IMG/VR virus record: IMGVR_UViG_3300002091_000107
Span: 1 to 25,929 of that record
Reading direction: 5' to 3' (one strand)
Length of the DNA stretch: 25,929 nt
Source of the DNA: a virus
Lineage: Duplodnaviria; Caudoviricetes
Shown here piece by piece: positions 1-6,165 of the stretch. A program made the translations under genes and the position numbers. The notes under the pieces are model-generated. The model was given only the letters and a program-made list of their open reading frames with translations, was not told the DNA's origin and ran no database searches. Every line of letters begins with the position of its first letter. Position 1 is the stretch's first letter.

Positions 1-49
1 ATTATATTATATATATTAATATATATATATTAATTAATTAATAATTAAT

Positions 50-78
50 AGTATAACAGAACTTAATATAAAAGTCAA
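50..78 (-). promoter_or_regulatory. sigma70-type leftward promoter with extended -10
   Basis: Minus strand reads TTGACT (78-73), 17 bp, TATACT (55-50), with TGn directly before the -10; it fires into the AT-only tract at 1-50. Confidence 0.65.
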
Positions 79-113
79 GTAGTTTCTTCACTGTTGTTCC
101 AGAAACTTAATAA

Positions 114-185
114 CTATTTGTTTAATATATACATAGTTACTTCAAAACCAAATCTCATCTCAGTTGCTGATGGGGTTGTCCACAT
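114..185 (-). CDS. pqqA: Pyrroloquinoline quinone precursor peptide PqqA (23 aa)
   Basis: Hand translation MWTTPSATEMRFGFEVTMYILNK*. It has the PqqA pattern W-x-x-P...R-x-G-F-E-V-T-M-Y with the ExxxY pair. AGGAGA RBS at 196-191, 5 nt before ATG; TAG stop at 116-114. Confidence 0.95.
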   Translation of the reverse strand: MWTTPSATEMRFGFEVTMYILNK

Positions 186-289
186 AATAGTCTCCTAGGT
201 TAAGTTAATGTAAAGTTTTCACTCTACACTACTATTATACCCTAATGAATGAAAATAGTCTTCAGTAATATCATGAATCTATAGTAAGC

Positions 290-680
290 GAGGTTTCGGT
301 CGTTTCTCCGAAGCCGAGCTCCAAGAGTTCCCAGCCCTTAGGCTGGTCCACAAGGGTACCTCCTAGGCTCTCCCGAGACCCTAGTCGAGGGAACCCCTTA
401 GGGTACTACCCAAAAATTATATCTAGGTACCTTCCCGTTCGTCTTATGGGGATACTTACATCCATCTCTCCTTCCTGTGGGACCCCTTTGTAATTTTATA
501 AAAAAATAGTACGGGGCCTATATATATATATTTAATAAGTCTCATTTCCCCCTCCCCCTGCCCTGTGCGTTTAAACCTTTTATCAGTCCATTTTTAATCT
601 ATACTCCACCCTGATAAGTTTTACTTATCAAACATACCCCCATCATAAATAAATTTAAAGAGAGCCTAGCCCGCTAGGGC
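290..680. other. Non-coding GC-rich, palindrome-rich segment; candidate genome terminus/packaging region
   Basis: No credible ORF. Clustered CCTAGG/CCTTAGG/GGTACC motifs, a (TA)n run near 520-531 and CCCCCTCCCCC at 548-558. Lies between divergent transcription units. Confidence 0.35.
612..630. promoter_or_regulatory. Perfect inverted repeat, operator-like
   Basis: TGATAAGT-TTT-ACTTATCA (8-3-8); contains a T-N11-A core (615-627). Confidence 0.4.
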
Positions 681-685
681 ATAGC

Positions 686-751
686 TTAACATCTGATTAA
701 ATATTAAGCAGTTAATTTAACTGAGTAATGATTTTAACATGTGATTAAATA
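686..751 (+). repeat. 18-bp direct repeat pair flanking a 7-1-7 palindrome
   Basis: TTAACATCTGATTAAATA (686-703) and TTAACATGTGATTAAATA (734-751); CAGTTAA-T-TTAACTG at 709-723. Confidence 0.6.
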
Positions 752-806
752 GTAGGCACTTGTTAAGCAGGGTGTGAGTTAAGGTGTGCATATACCCTAT
801 ATAATA

Positions 807-819
807 AATCAATAACTTA
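807..819 (+). promoter_or_regulatory. IHF-consensus site upstream of the first early promoter
   Basis: AATCAATAACTTA matches WATCAANNNNTTR. Confidence 0.4.
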
Positions 820-858
820 CGTTAACTTAAATATAACAAAATAATATAAAGAAATGTA

Positions 859-887
859 TTGACAAATAGAAATAAGGTATATATGAT
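859..887 (+). promoter_or_regulatory. sigma70-type early promoter
   Basis: TTGACA (859-864), 17 bp, TATGAT (882-887); A-rich upstream; GGAGG RBS before the ATG at 922. Confidence 0.8.
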
Positions 888-921
888 GATCTTACTTACT
901 TGATTAATGGAGGGTTAAATT

Positions 922-1215
922 ATGAAAAGCAAAGAGCAGGGAACTATGAGTTATTTAGATGACGCTTTAAAGAGTGATGAGTTATTTTATTCACTTGAAA
1001 GAATTGCCTCAGATGACGGGAAAGAAATCAAAGACTATACGCTTCTAGAAGTATTATCAGAAGCCCGTTATGTTTTATCCTGTTTTTATGAAGGCGGTCA
1101 TGTAAATAATGAATGGCTTAATTCAGATGATATTTATGAGAAAAGAGAGGCGATTAAAGAGGTTAAGACGCTTAAATCATTCATTAACAAATATGAGAAG
1201 GCTATTTCACTGTAA
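922..1215 (+). CDS. Early hypothetical protein
   Basis: 97-aa ORF with GGAGG RBS, first gene after the promoter. Confidence 0.75.
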   Translation: MKSKEQGTMSYLDDALKSDELFYSLERIASDDGKEIKDYTLLEVLSEARYVLSCFYEGGHVNNEWLNSDDIYEKREAIKEVKTLKSFINKYEKAISL

Positions 1216-1248
1216 GCGGACATTCTATAAATATTTATTAAAAAGGGG

Positions 1249-1276
1249 TTGACAAAATGAAATTATCGTATATTCT
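1249..1276 (+). promoter_or_regulatory. sigma70-type early promoter
   Basis: TTGACA (1249-1254), 16 bp, TATTCT (1271-1276), intergenic. Confidence 0.65.
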
Positions 1277-1350
1277 ATGGTTTATAGTAAGTGCAATAAA
1301 TTTTTATATGTTTTTAATTTTATGTTTATCATTCTAAAAAGGGGCTTAAA

Positions 1351-1596
1351 ATGTTATTAAAAAAGATCGGTAATAATATGAATGAAATTTTATTAAATAA
1401 TGGTGATCAAGTATTAATCAGTTATGAAACGCCAGTGGCGTGTATAAAAGAGGGTGAATTATATTATACTAATAAAAAATGGTCTCAAACGACTACAAAG
1501 CATATTAATAAGTGGTTTAAATTAAAAGGGTGGATTCTATCAAACCCAATTCATGAAGATCAAAGCTTTTTTAATAACTTAATCAAAGGGGTTTAA
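1351..1596 (+). CDS. Early hypothetical phage protein
   Basis: 81 aa; SYETPVA...WSQTTTKHINKW motif seen in small early phage proteins; AAGGGG RBS. Confidence 0.8.
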   Translation: MLLKKIGNNMNEILLNNGDQVLISYETPVACIKEGELYYTNKKWSQTTTKHINKWFKLKGWILSNPIHEDQSFFNNLIKGV

Positions 1597-1598
1597 TC

Positions 1599-2117
1599 AT
1601 GATAAATACTAATATTAATTTTATGGGTTTTTATAACTCAATTCATTCTGATAATGTTGATCACGCTATTGAATGCTATTTTAGTGATGAGGACGGGAAT
1701 TTTAATTATGATGATGTTGAAGATCAAATTGAATATGATGTCATTCATAACAATTACATGGAGTTTTTTTGTAATAAGTTTGAAGAGTGGGTCAAAAATA
1801 AGTACCCTTTGACGCCGTCTTTTTGTAATTTAAAGCTAATAAGCCCTAAATTTTACAATTATTCAACCGATGTTATTAATTGTGAAATGCAGGAATCCGA
1901 TGTTATATCTATGATTAACTTTTTTAAAGACGATCAAGAGTTTTTATCATTCTTAAAAGATAGAACCAAGTCTTACGATGGTTATATATCTTTTTACACT
2001 TTCGAGAGTGCATTATCAAACAAAGACGATATTCTATCGGATTATATTTTAGAATTTTTAGTTCGAAAATTCGAGTTTGACGGCTTTGAATTGGATAATT
2101 ATGAATTCATGAACTAA
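1599..2117 (+). CDS. Acidic early hypothetical protein
   Basis: 172 aa, D/E-rich; FxGFYxS, SPKFYNYSTD and SYDGYISFY motifs. Confidence 0.8.
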   Translation: MINTNINFMGFYNSIHSDNVDHAIECYFSDEDGNFNYDDVEDQIEYDVIHNNYMEFFCNKFEEWVKNKYPLTPSFCNLKLISPKFYNYSTDVINCEMQESDVISMINFFKDDQEFLSFLKDRTKSYDGYISFYTFESALSNKDDILSDYILEFLVRKFEFDGFELDNYEFMN

Positions 2118-2118
2118 C

Positions 2119-2168
2119 TAGTTTAATCTTAAAAAGCCTTGTTATAGGGCTTTTTAGGGCTTAAATTA
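2119..2168 (+). terminator. Long RNA hairpin (terminator and/or RNase III-type site)
   Basis: Core AAAAAGCC...GGCTTTTT extends to a ~23-bp stem through several G-U pairs that form only on the + strand. Confidence 0.55.
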
Positions 2169-2197
2169 AGTCATATTTTAATTTTATTGGGGGTTAT

Positions 2198-2518
2198 ATG
2201 TATCAATCTATTAATGAATATCAATTTAGAGACGCTTTTCGATCAATGGGGCGTGGTGATCAATTCACCTATGAGGGTTTAAATATCCTCTTTAATTGGT
2301 TAGAACAATATGAGGTGGATACTGGCGAAAGGGTGGAACTTGATGTTATCTCTTTATGTTGCGACTTTTCAGAGGATAGTGAAGACATAATTAGGGGGTC
2401 TTATGCTGACATGATGGACGAGGGCGAAGACATAGAGGACTTTTTAAATGATAACTCTTTGGTTATAGGTTCGCATGAAATGGACGGCGTGAAGTATTTT
2501 ATTTACCAGCAATTTTAA
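2198..2518 (+). CDS. Highly acidic early protein
   Basis: 106 aa, about 25 D/E versus 6 K/R by hand count; GGGG RBS. Confidence 0.8.
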   Translation: MYQSINEYQFRDAFRSMGRGDQFTYEGLNILFNWLEQYEVDTGERVELDVISLCCDFSEDSEDIIRGSYADMMDEGEDIEDFLNDNSLVIGSHEMDGVKYFIYQQF

Positions 2519-2525
2519 GGGGGTA

Positions 2526-2633
2526 ATGATGGACTTAAACGAGGGCTTTAGCACGAAGTATTTATTATTTAAAGCAACATATCAAAGCATGCTATATAAA
2601 CTTATTAAACAAAAAGAGAGGGCTATAAAATGA
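2526..2633 (+). CDS. Small hypothetical protein (35 aa)
   Basis: MMDLNEGFSTKYLLFKATYQSMLYKLIKQKERAIK; AAGGGGG RBS; ATGA overlap with the next ORF. Confidence 0.5.
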   Translation: MMDLNEGFSTKYLLFKATYQSMLYKLIKQKERAIK

Positions 2634-2800
2634 ACACTTATACAATAGAAAATGAAACGTGTATGGAATGCGACAAAAAGGGCGAAATGGTTTATAACGA
2701 CTCTATAACAGCTATACATTGTCAAGCGTGTGGTACATGGTTTGATACTAACGGGGATATAATGCTAGATTCTGAAATCACTGAGGAAATATTAAAATGA
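2630..2800 (+). CDS. Small zinc-ribbon protein (56 aa)
   Basis: MNTYTIENETCMEC...HCQACGTWFD... with two CxxC pairs; GAGG RBS; ATGA coupling. Confidence 0.65.
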   Translation: MNTYTIENETCMECDKKGEMVYNDSITAIHCQACGTWFDTNGDIMLDSEITEEILK

Positions 2801-2976
2801 TTGAAATATTATATAAAAATTACCTTATAAATAATAGCTATAGTTTTTCAGGTAAAACAATGTATTACAATGTATGGAAACTGGACGAAGAGGGAAGCCC
2901 CTTTGATGTTTGGGGAGATTCTTTTAGATCTATTAAGCAAGCTAAAAACTTTATAAACATGGAGGTTACAAAATGA
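2797..2976 (+). CDS. Small hypothetical protein (59 aa)
   Basis: MIEILYKNYLIN...FRSIKQAKNFINMEVTK; GAGG RBS; ATGA coupling at both ends. Confidence 0.65.
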   Translation: MIEILYKNYLINNSYSFSGKTMYYNVWKLDEEGSPFDVWGDSFRSIKQAKNFINMEVTK

Positions 2977-3191
2977 AAACTTTATATCATATCGAATCAG
3001 AAGTAGAAATAGACTTATCGCTTTTAGATGATGACGACATTATCGAGGAAGCTAACGAAAGGCAGTTATGCGTTTATGATGATGAGATGATGGCTATCTT
3101 TGAAAGTATATACCACGCAAAGGCTAATAATCAATGCTATGCTGAACTAGTTAATAAACTTATCGACAAAACTTTAGGGAGGATTTTATAA
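2973..3191 (+). CDS. Hypothetical protein (paralog of 3760-3966)
   Basis: 72 aa; GGAGG RBS; VEIDL...NKL..TLG pattern. Confidence 0.8.
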   Translation: MKTLYHIESEVEIDLSLLDDDDIIEEANERQLCVYDDEMMAIFESIYHAKANNQCYAELVNKLIDKTLGRIL

Positions 3192-3448
3192 TGTTAGCAA
3201 TTCAAAGTATTGAGGATTTAAAAAATCATTGTGATGAGGAACCTTATAACGAATTTTATTTAAAATTAAATGGGGGTTGTAGGTCAACGAAAACCATTCA
3301 ATATTTTAAAGATAACGATTATTGGTATATTTTAAATCATATTGATGACAGCGTTTCAGAGTATGAATCAACGCAGGACTTTAAGCAAAATGAACGCTTA
3401 ATTTTCGAGGCTATGACTAAAAACGCATTCTTTAAAGATGGGGATTAA
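3191..3448 (+). CDS. Hypothetical protein
   Basis: 85 aa; GGAGG RBS; TAATG coupling. Confidence 0.75.
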   Translation: MLAIQSIEDLKNHCDEEPYNEFYLKLNGGCRSTKTIQYFKDNDYWYILNHIDDSVSEYESTQDFKQNERLIFEAMTKNAFFKDGD

Positions 3449-3450
3449 AA

Positions 3451-3630
3451 ATGAAATCATTCAAAGCAAGGATTTACTATAATGGTTATTATGATATGAA
3501 CATAGACGCACCCACGGAAGCACACGCACGAGACATTATCGAAGATATTGCACTTGATTATTCAGAAGATGTAAAGCTTTCTTATGATTTTGCAGATATT
3601 GACGAGATAGAGGTGTATAAACATGCTTGA
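3451..3630 (+). CDS. Small acidic hypothetical protein (59 aa)
   Basis: MKSFKARIYYNGYYDMNIDAPTEAHARDIIED...; GGGG RBS; fills the gap between ORFs. Confidence 0.65.
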   Translation: MKSFKARIYYNGYYDMNIDAPTEAHARDIIEDIALDYSEDVKLSYDFADIDEIEVYKHA

Positions 3631-3763
3631 TAATGATGAACTAGACGACAGCACAGAATACTGTATTTATTGTTATGAAAAGAAGTATAGAAGCGGGTGC
3701 TGTGGTGAGAATCATTTCATGACAGGTAAACAAATAAAAGAAAATGAAAAGGATAAACAATGA
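3623..3763 (+). CDS. Small Cys-rich protein (46 aa)
   Basis: MLDNDELDDSTEYCIYCYEKKYRSGCCGENHF...; GAGGTG RBS; CxxC...CCxxxH. Confidence 0.65.
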   Translation: MLDNDELDDSTEYCIYCYEKKYRSGCCGENHFMTGKQIKENEKDKQ

Positions 3764-3966
3764 AAACACGAGTTGAAATTGATCTAAAGACCATAAATCT
3801 ATGGACGCTATTTGATGAACTAGAGGAAAGAAAAATCTATGTCACTAATGAAAACAATTTTAAAATAATTGAGCTTATGTATTCTATAAAATATGAAGAT
3901 AACAACGCAAACATAGATAAACTTTTAAATAAACTTTTTAAATCTACTTTAGGGGTTAGTTTATGA
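3760..3966 (+). CDS. Hypothetical protein (paralog of 2973-3191)
   Basis: 68 aa; AAGGA RBS; ATGA coupling. Confidence 0.75.
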   Translation: MKTRVEIDLKTINLWTLFDELEERKIYVTNENNFKIIELMYSIKYEDNNANIDKLLNKLFKSTLGVSL

Positions 3967-4364
3967 TATTAGATGTTGAACACGCAAACGCAGACCTAAA
4001 TTGTATGGCTATGGCATTGTACGCAGAGGGTCATACAGCTAGTGATAAATCTAAAGAGAAAATTGCACAAGTGATATTAAATAGATTTAGAGAAGGTCAT
4101 TTTGGAACTAATATTTGTGAGATTGTTTACAGTAATAAAAACGGATCATGGCAGTTTAATGGTGTAGAGGATATAGTAAAAGGTAATCACGAATTTCCAA
4201 CGCTTGAAGACATGCTTAAAAGTAAACTTATAGCTCACAGGGTTTATTTTCACAAGATAGCTCCACCCCTCCCCTCGCACGTGTTATATTTTCATGATAC
4301 AAGCATTAAAAATCCATTCAAACGAAAGCCCTATTGTAAGACTGACAATCTTATTTTCTATTAA
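3963..4364 (+). CDS. SleB/CwlJ-like cell wall hydrolase (Hydrolase_2 family)
   Basis: LNCMAMALYAEG (catalytic Glu), IAQVILNR, ICEIVY...QF, LYFH and terminal IFY motifs. Confidence 0.8.
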   Translation: MILDVEHANADLNCMAMALYAEGHTASDKSKEKIAQVILNRFREGHFGTNICEIVYSNKNGSWQFNGVEDIVKGNHEFPTLEDMLKSKLIAHRVYFHKIAPPLPSHVLYFHDTSIKNPFKRKPYCKTDNLIFY

Positions 4365-4381
4365 AATCAAGGAGTTATACT

Positions 4382-4480
4382 ATGGTTGCACTTATTATTG
4401 TTTTTGTGATAGGCTTTGGAATCGGTTATGTATTAGGAAACCGAGATTATAAAAAAGAAACTTATTTTGGAGATTATTAA
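4382..4480 (+). CDS. Single-pass membrane peptide (32 aa)
   Basis: MVALIIVFVIGFGIGYVLGNRDYKKETYFGDY; AAGGAG RBS. Confidence 0.65.
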   Translation: MVALIIVFVIGFGIGYVLGNRDYKKETYFGDY

Positions 4481-4582
4481 ATGAATAGTTTTAAAAAGTA
4501 TCACATGGAAATATGTTTTTGGATTATGGCAGTATGTAGTATCACAGACACATTAACTAACATTGTAAAAGGATTATCATGA
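4481..4582 (+). CDS. Small hydrophobic peptide (33 aa)
   Basis: MNSFKKYHMEICFWIMAVCSITDTLTNIVKGLS; GGAG RBS; ATGA coupling to the next ORF. Confidence 0.55.
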   Translation: MNSFKKYHMEICFWIMAVCSITDTLTNIVKGLS

Positions 4583-4806
4583 ACTTATTTGAAGAACAAG
4601 CTAAAAAAGATATTGAAGAATATAAAACTAAACAAACTTATGTTGTATACGCAGAAGAAATTACAAAGAAGTCAGTTGTAGTTGAAGCGTCTAATATTAC
4701 AGATGCTTATTTAAAAGCTATTAAAACACCTAAAGGATTATTTAGAGAAGAAGGCTATAAATCTTTTCATGTATTAGCTAGTGATATTAAAAGAATTGTG
4801 GTATAA
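4579..4806 (+). CDS. Hypothetical protein
   Basis: 75 aa; AAGGA RBS. Confidence 0.7.
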   Translation: MNLFEEQAKKDIEEYKTKQTYVVYAEEITKKSVVVEASNITDAYLKAIKTPKGLFREEGYKSFHVLASDIKRIVV

Positions 4807-4807
4807 T
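4796..4807 (+). promoter_or_regulatory. Extended -10 promoter for middle genes
   Basis: TTGTGGTATAAT; the same 12-mer occurs in the promoter at 11122-11133. Confidence 0.5.
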
Positions 4808-4844
4808 GTTATTGGAGGATTAACTTTTTAATAGAAAGAAACTT

Positions 4845-5066
4845 ATGAGATGTATTGCATGTAATGCTCTTTTATCTGATTATGAGGCTACACGGAAATC
4901 AGAATTAACGGGTGAATATGTAGATTTATGCAATCATTGTTATGTCGCAGTAAAAAGTGACATAGTAACAATTGAAAGAGAAGATTTAGCAACACCTGAA
5001 AACATGGAAGAAGATTGGGAAGACATTGAAGACATAAAAGATTGGAGTATAAATGAAAACACCTGA
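4845..5066 (+). CDS. Zinc-finger hypothetical protein
   Basis: MRCIAC...DLCNHC with an acidic tail. Confidence 0.8.
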   Translation: MRCIACNALLSDYEATRKSELTGEYVDLCNHCYVAVKSDIVTIEREDLATPENMEEDWEDIEDIKDWSINENT

Positions 5067-5283
5067 TGCTTGGATGTATGAAGAGTGGGACAGTAATGGA
5101 AAGTTAAGAGCTAGTCATGTATATACCTTTTTACCTAGTGATTTAAAACAATCAATGAAGTTAAAAGATGTTCACCATGCAGAACTTACCCCTATGTATA
5201 AAGAAGAGAAGTTTAAGCAAGTGTTTAATAAAGATAATAAGTTTGACAGTAAAAAACTAACAGAGGCATTTTGTGGACTTTAG
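5053..5283 (+). CDS. Hypothetical protein
   Basis: 76 aa; GGAG RBS; overlapping chain of ORFs. Confidence 0.7.
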   Translation: MKTPDAWMYEEWDSNGKLRASHVYTFLPSDLKQSMKLKDVHHAELTPMYKEEKFKQVFNKDNKFDSKKLTEAFCGL

Positions 5284-5455
5284 TCATGCAATCATAGATG
5301 ACAATGGTGACATTATACGAAAGTATAGATGGAGTGCTAAAGAAGCTAAATGGCATAAAGATCAAGGTAAAACTGTCATTAAGTTAGAAGTAAAAGTAGT
5401 TAAGATAAATCAGTATCAACAAGCATTGGAGTTTGTCGGTGAGTCACTTTATTAA
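5273..5455 (+). CDS. Hypothetical protein
   Basis: 60 aa; GTG start with GAGG RBS. Confidence 0.65.
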   Translation: MDFSHAIIDDNGDIIRKYRWSAKEAKWHKDQGKTVIKLEVKVVKINQYQQALEFVGESLY

Positions 5456-6140
5456 ACATGAGAGATGTCCTAAATGCAGTCGCATGGGTAATGACAGGTC
5501 AGGTAATAACTTAGCTGTATATTCTGATAGTCATAAACACTGTTTTGCGTGTGGGTATTATGTTCGAGGTGATATTGTTGAAGCTTATAAACAAAAACAG
5601 GAGGTAAAAAAAGATGCTATATCTTATTTTGTTCGTAGTAATCATTTTAATCCTAAGGGATTAATTTATTTAAAGAAATATGGTCTTACAGATAAAGAAA
5701 TACATGATAATTACTTTTGGTGTGATGATGGATTTTTAGTTTTTAATGGTGGTAAGTACCAAAACGCTAGGAATTTCAATGCAGTAGGTGTGAAATATAT
5801 ATCAAGAGGGTTGATTCGTGGTAATGAAAAGATATTTTTGCAGAATATGCAAAAAGATAATGTAGTTGTTGCAGAAGATGCAATTTCAGCAATAAAGATA
5901 GCTAGGACATGTAATAGTGTTCCTATACATAACTCTATAATACCCCTAGAACTCATTTTAAGGCTATCTAAGCAGTTTAAAAACCTTTTTATATGGCTAG
6001 ATAGGGATAAAGCAAAAGAATCGTTTAAAGAGGCTAAGAAAGCGGAAATTTACTTTGATAAGGTAAATATCATATGGTCTGAGAAAGACCCTAAAGAGTA
6101 TAGTGATATTGAGATTAAAAATTATTTAGAAAAGGATTGA
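5439..6140 (+). CDS. DNA primase (Zn finger + TOPRIM), standalone
   Basis: CPKC...HCFAC Zn finger; TOPRIM VAEDAISAIK and WLDRD; KDPK. Likely GTG start at 5439 (GGAG at 5428-5431) rather than TTG at 5433. Confidence 0.88.
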   Translation: MSHFIKHERCPKCSRMGNDRSGNNLAVYSDSHKHCFACGYYVRGDIVEAYKQKQEVKKDAISYFVRSNHFNPKGLIYLKKYGLTDKEIHDNYFWCDDGFLVFNGGKYQNARNFNAVGVKYISRGLIRGNEKIFLQNMQKDNVVVAEDAISAIKIARTCNSVPIHNSIIPLELILRLSKQFKNLFIWLDRDKAKESFKEAKKAEIYFDKVNIIWSEKDPKEYSDIEIKNYLEKD

Positions 6141-6165
6141 CATTTATTATGATTGAAACTATAAT
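6137..6165 (+). promoter_or_regulatory. Perfect-consensus sigma70 promoter overlapping the helicase start
   Basis: TTGACA (6137-6142), 17 bp, TATAAT (6160-6165). Confidence 0.7.

Noticed and set aside
406-465. 19-aa minus-strand ORF MDVSIPIRRTGRYLDIIFG
   Set aside because: GGAG is only 2 nt from the ATG, composition is atypical and there is no recognisable motif.
686-770. CRISPR-like mini-array
   Set aside because: Only two 18-bp copies, too short and too few, and no cas genes.
4365-4377. Second IHF consensus AATCAAGGAGTTA
   Set aside because: Coincides with an RBS; a chance match is likely in AT-rich DNA.
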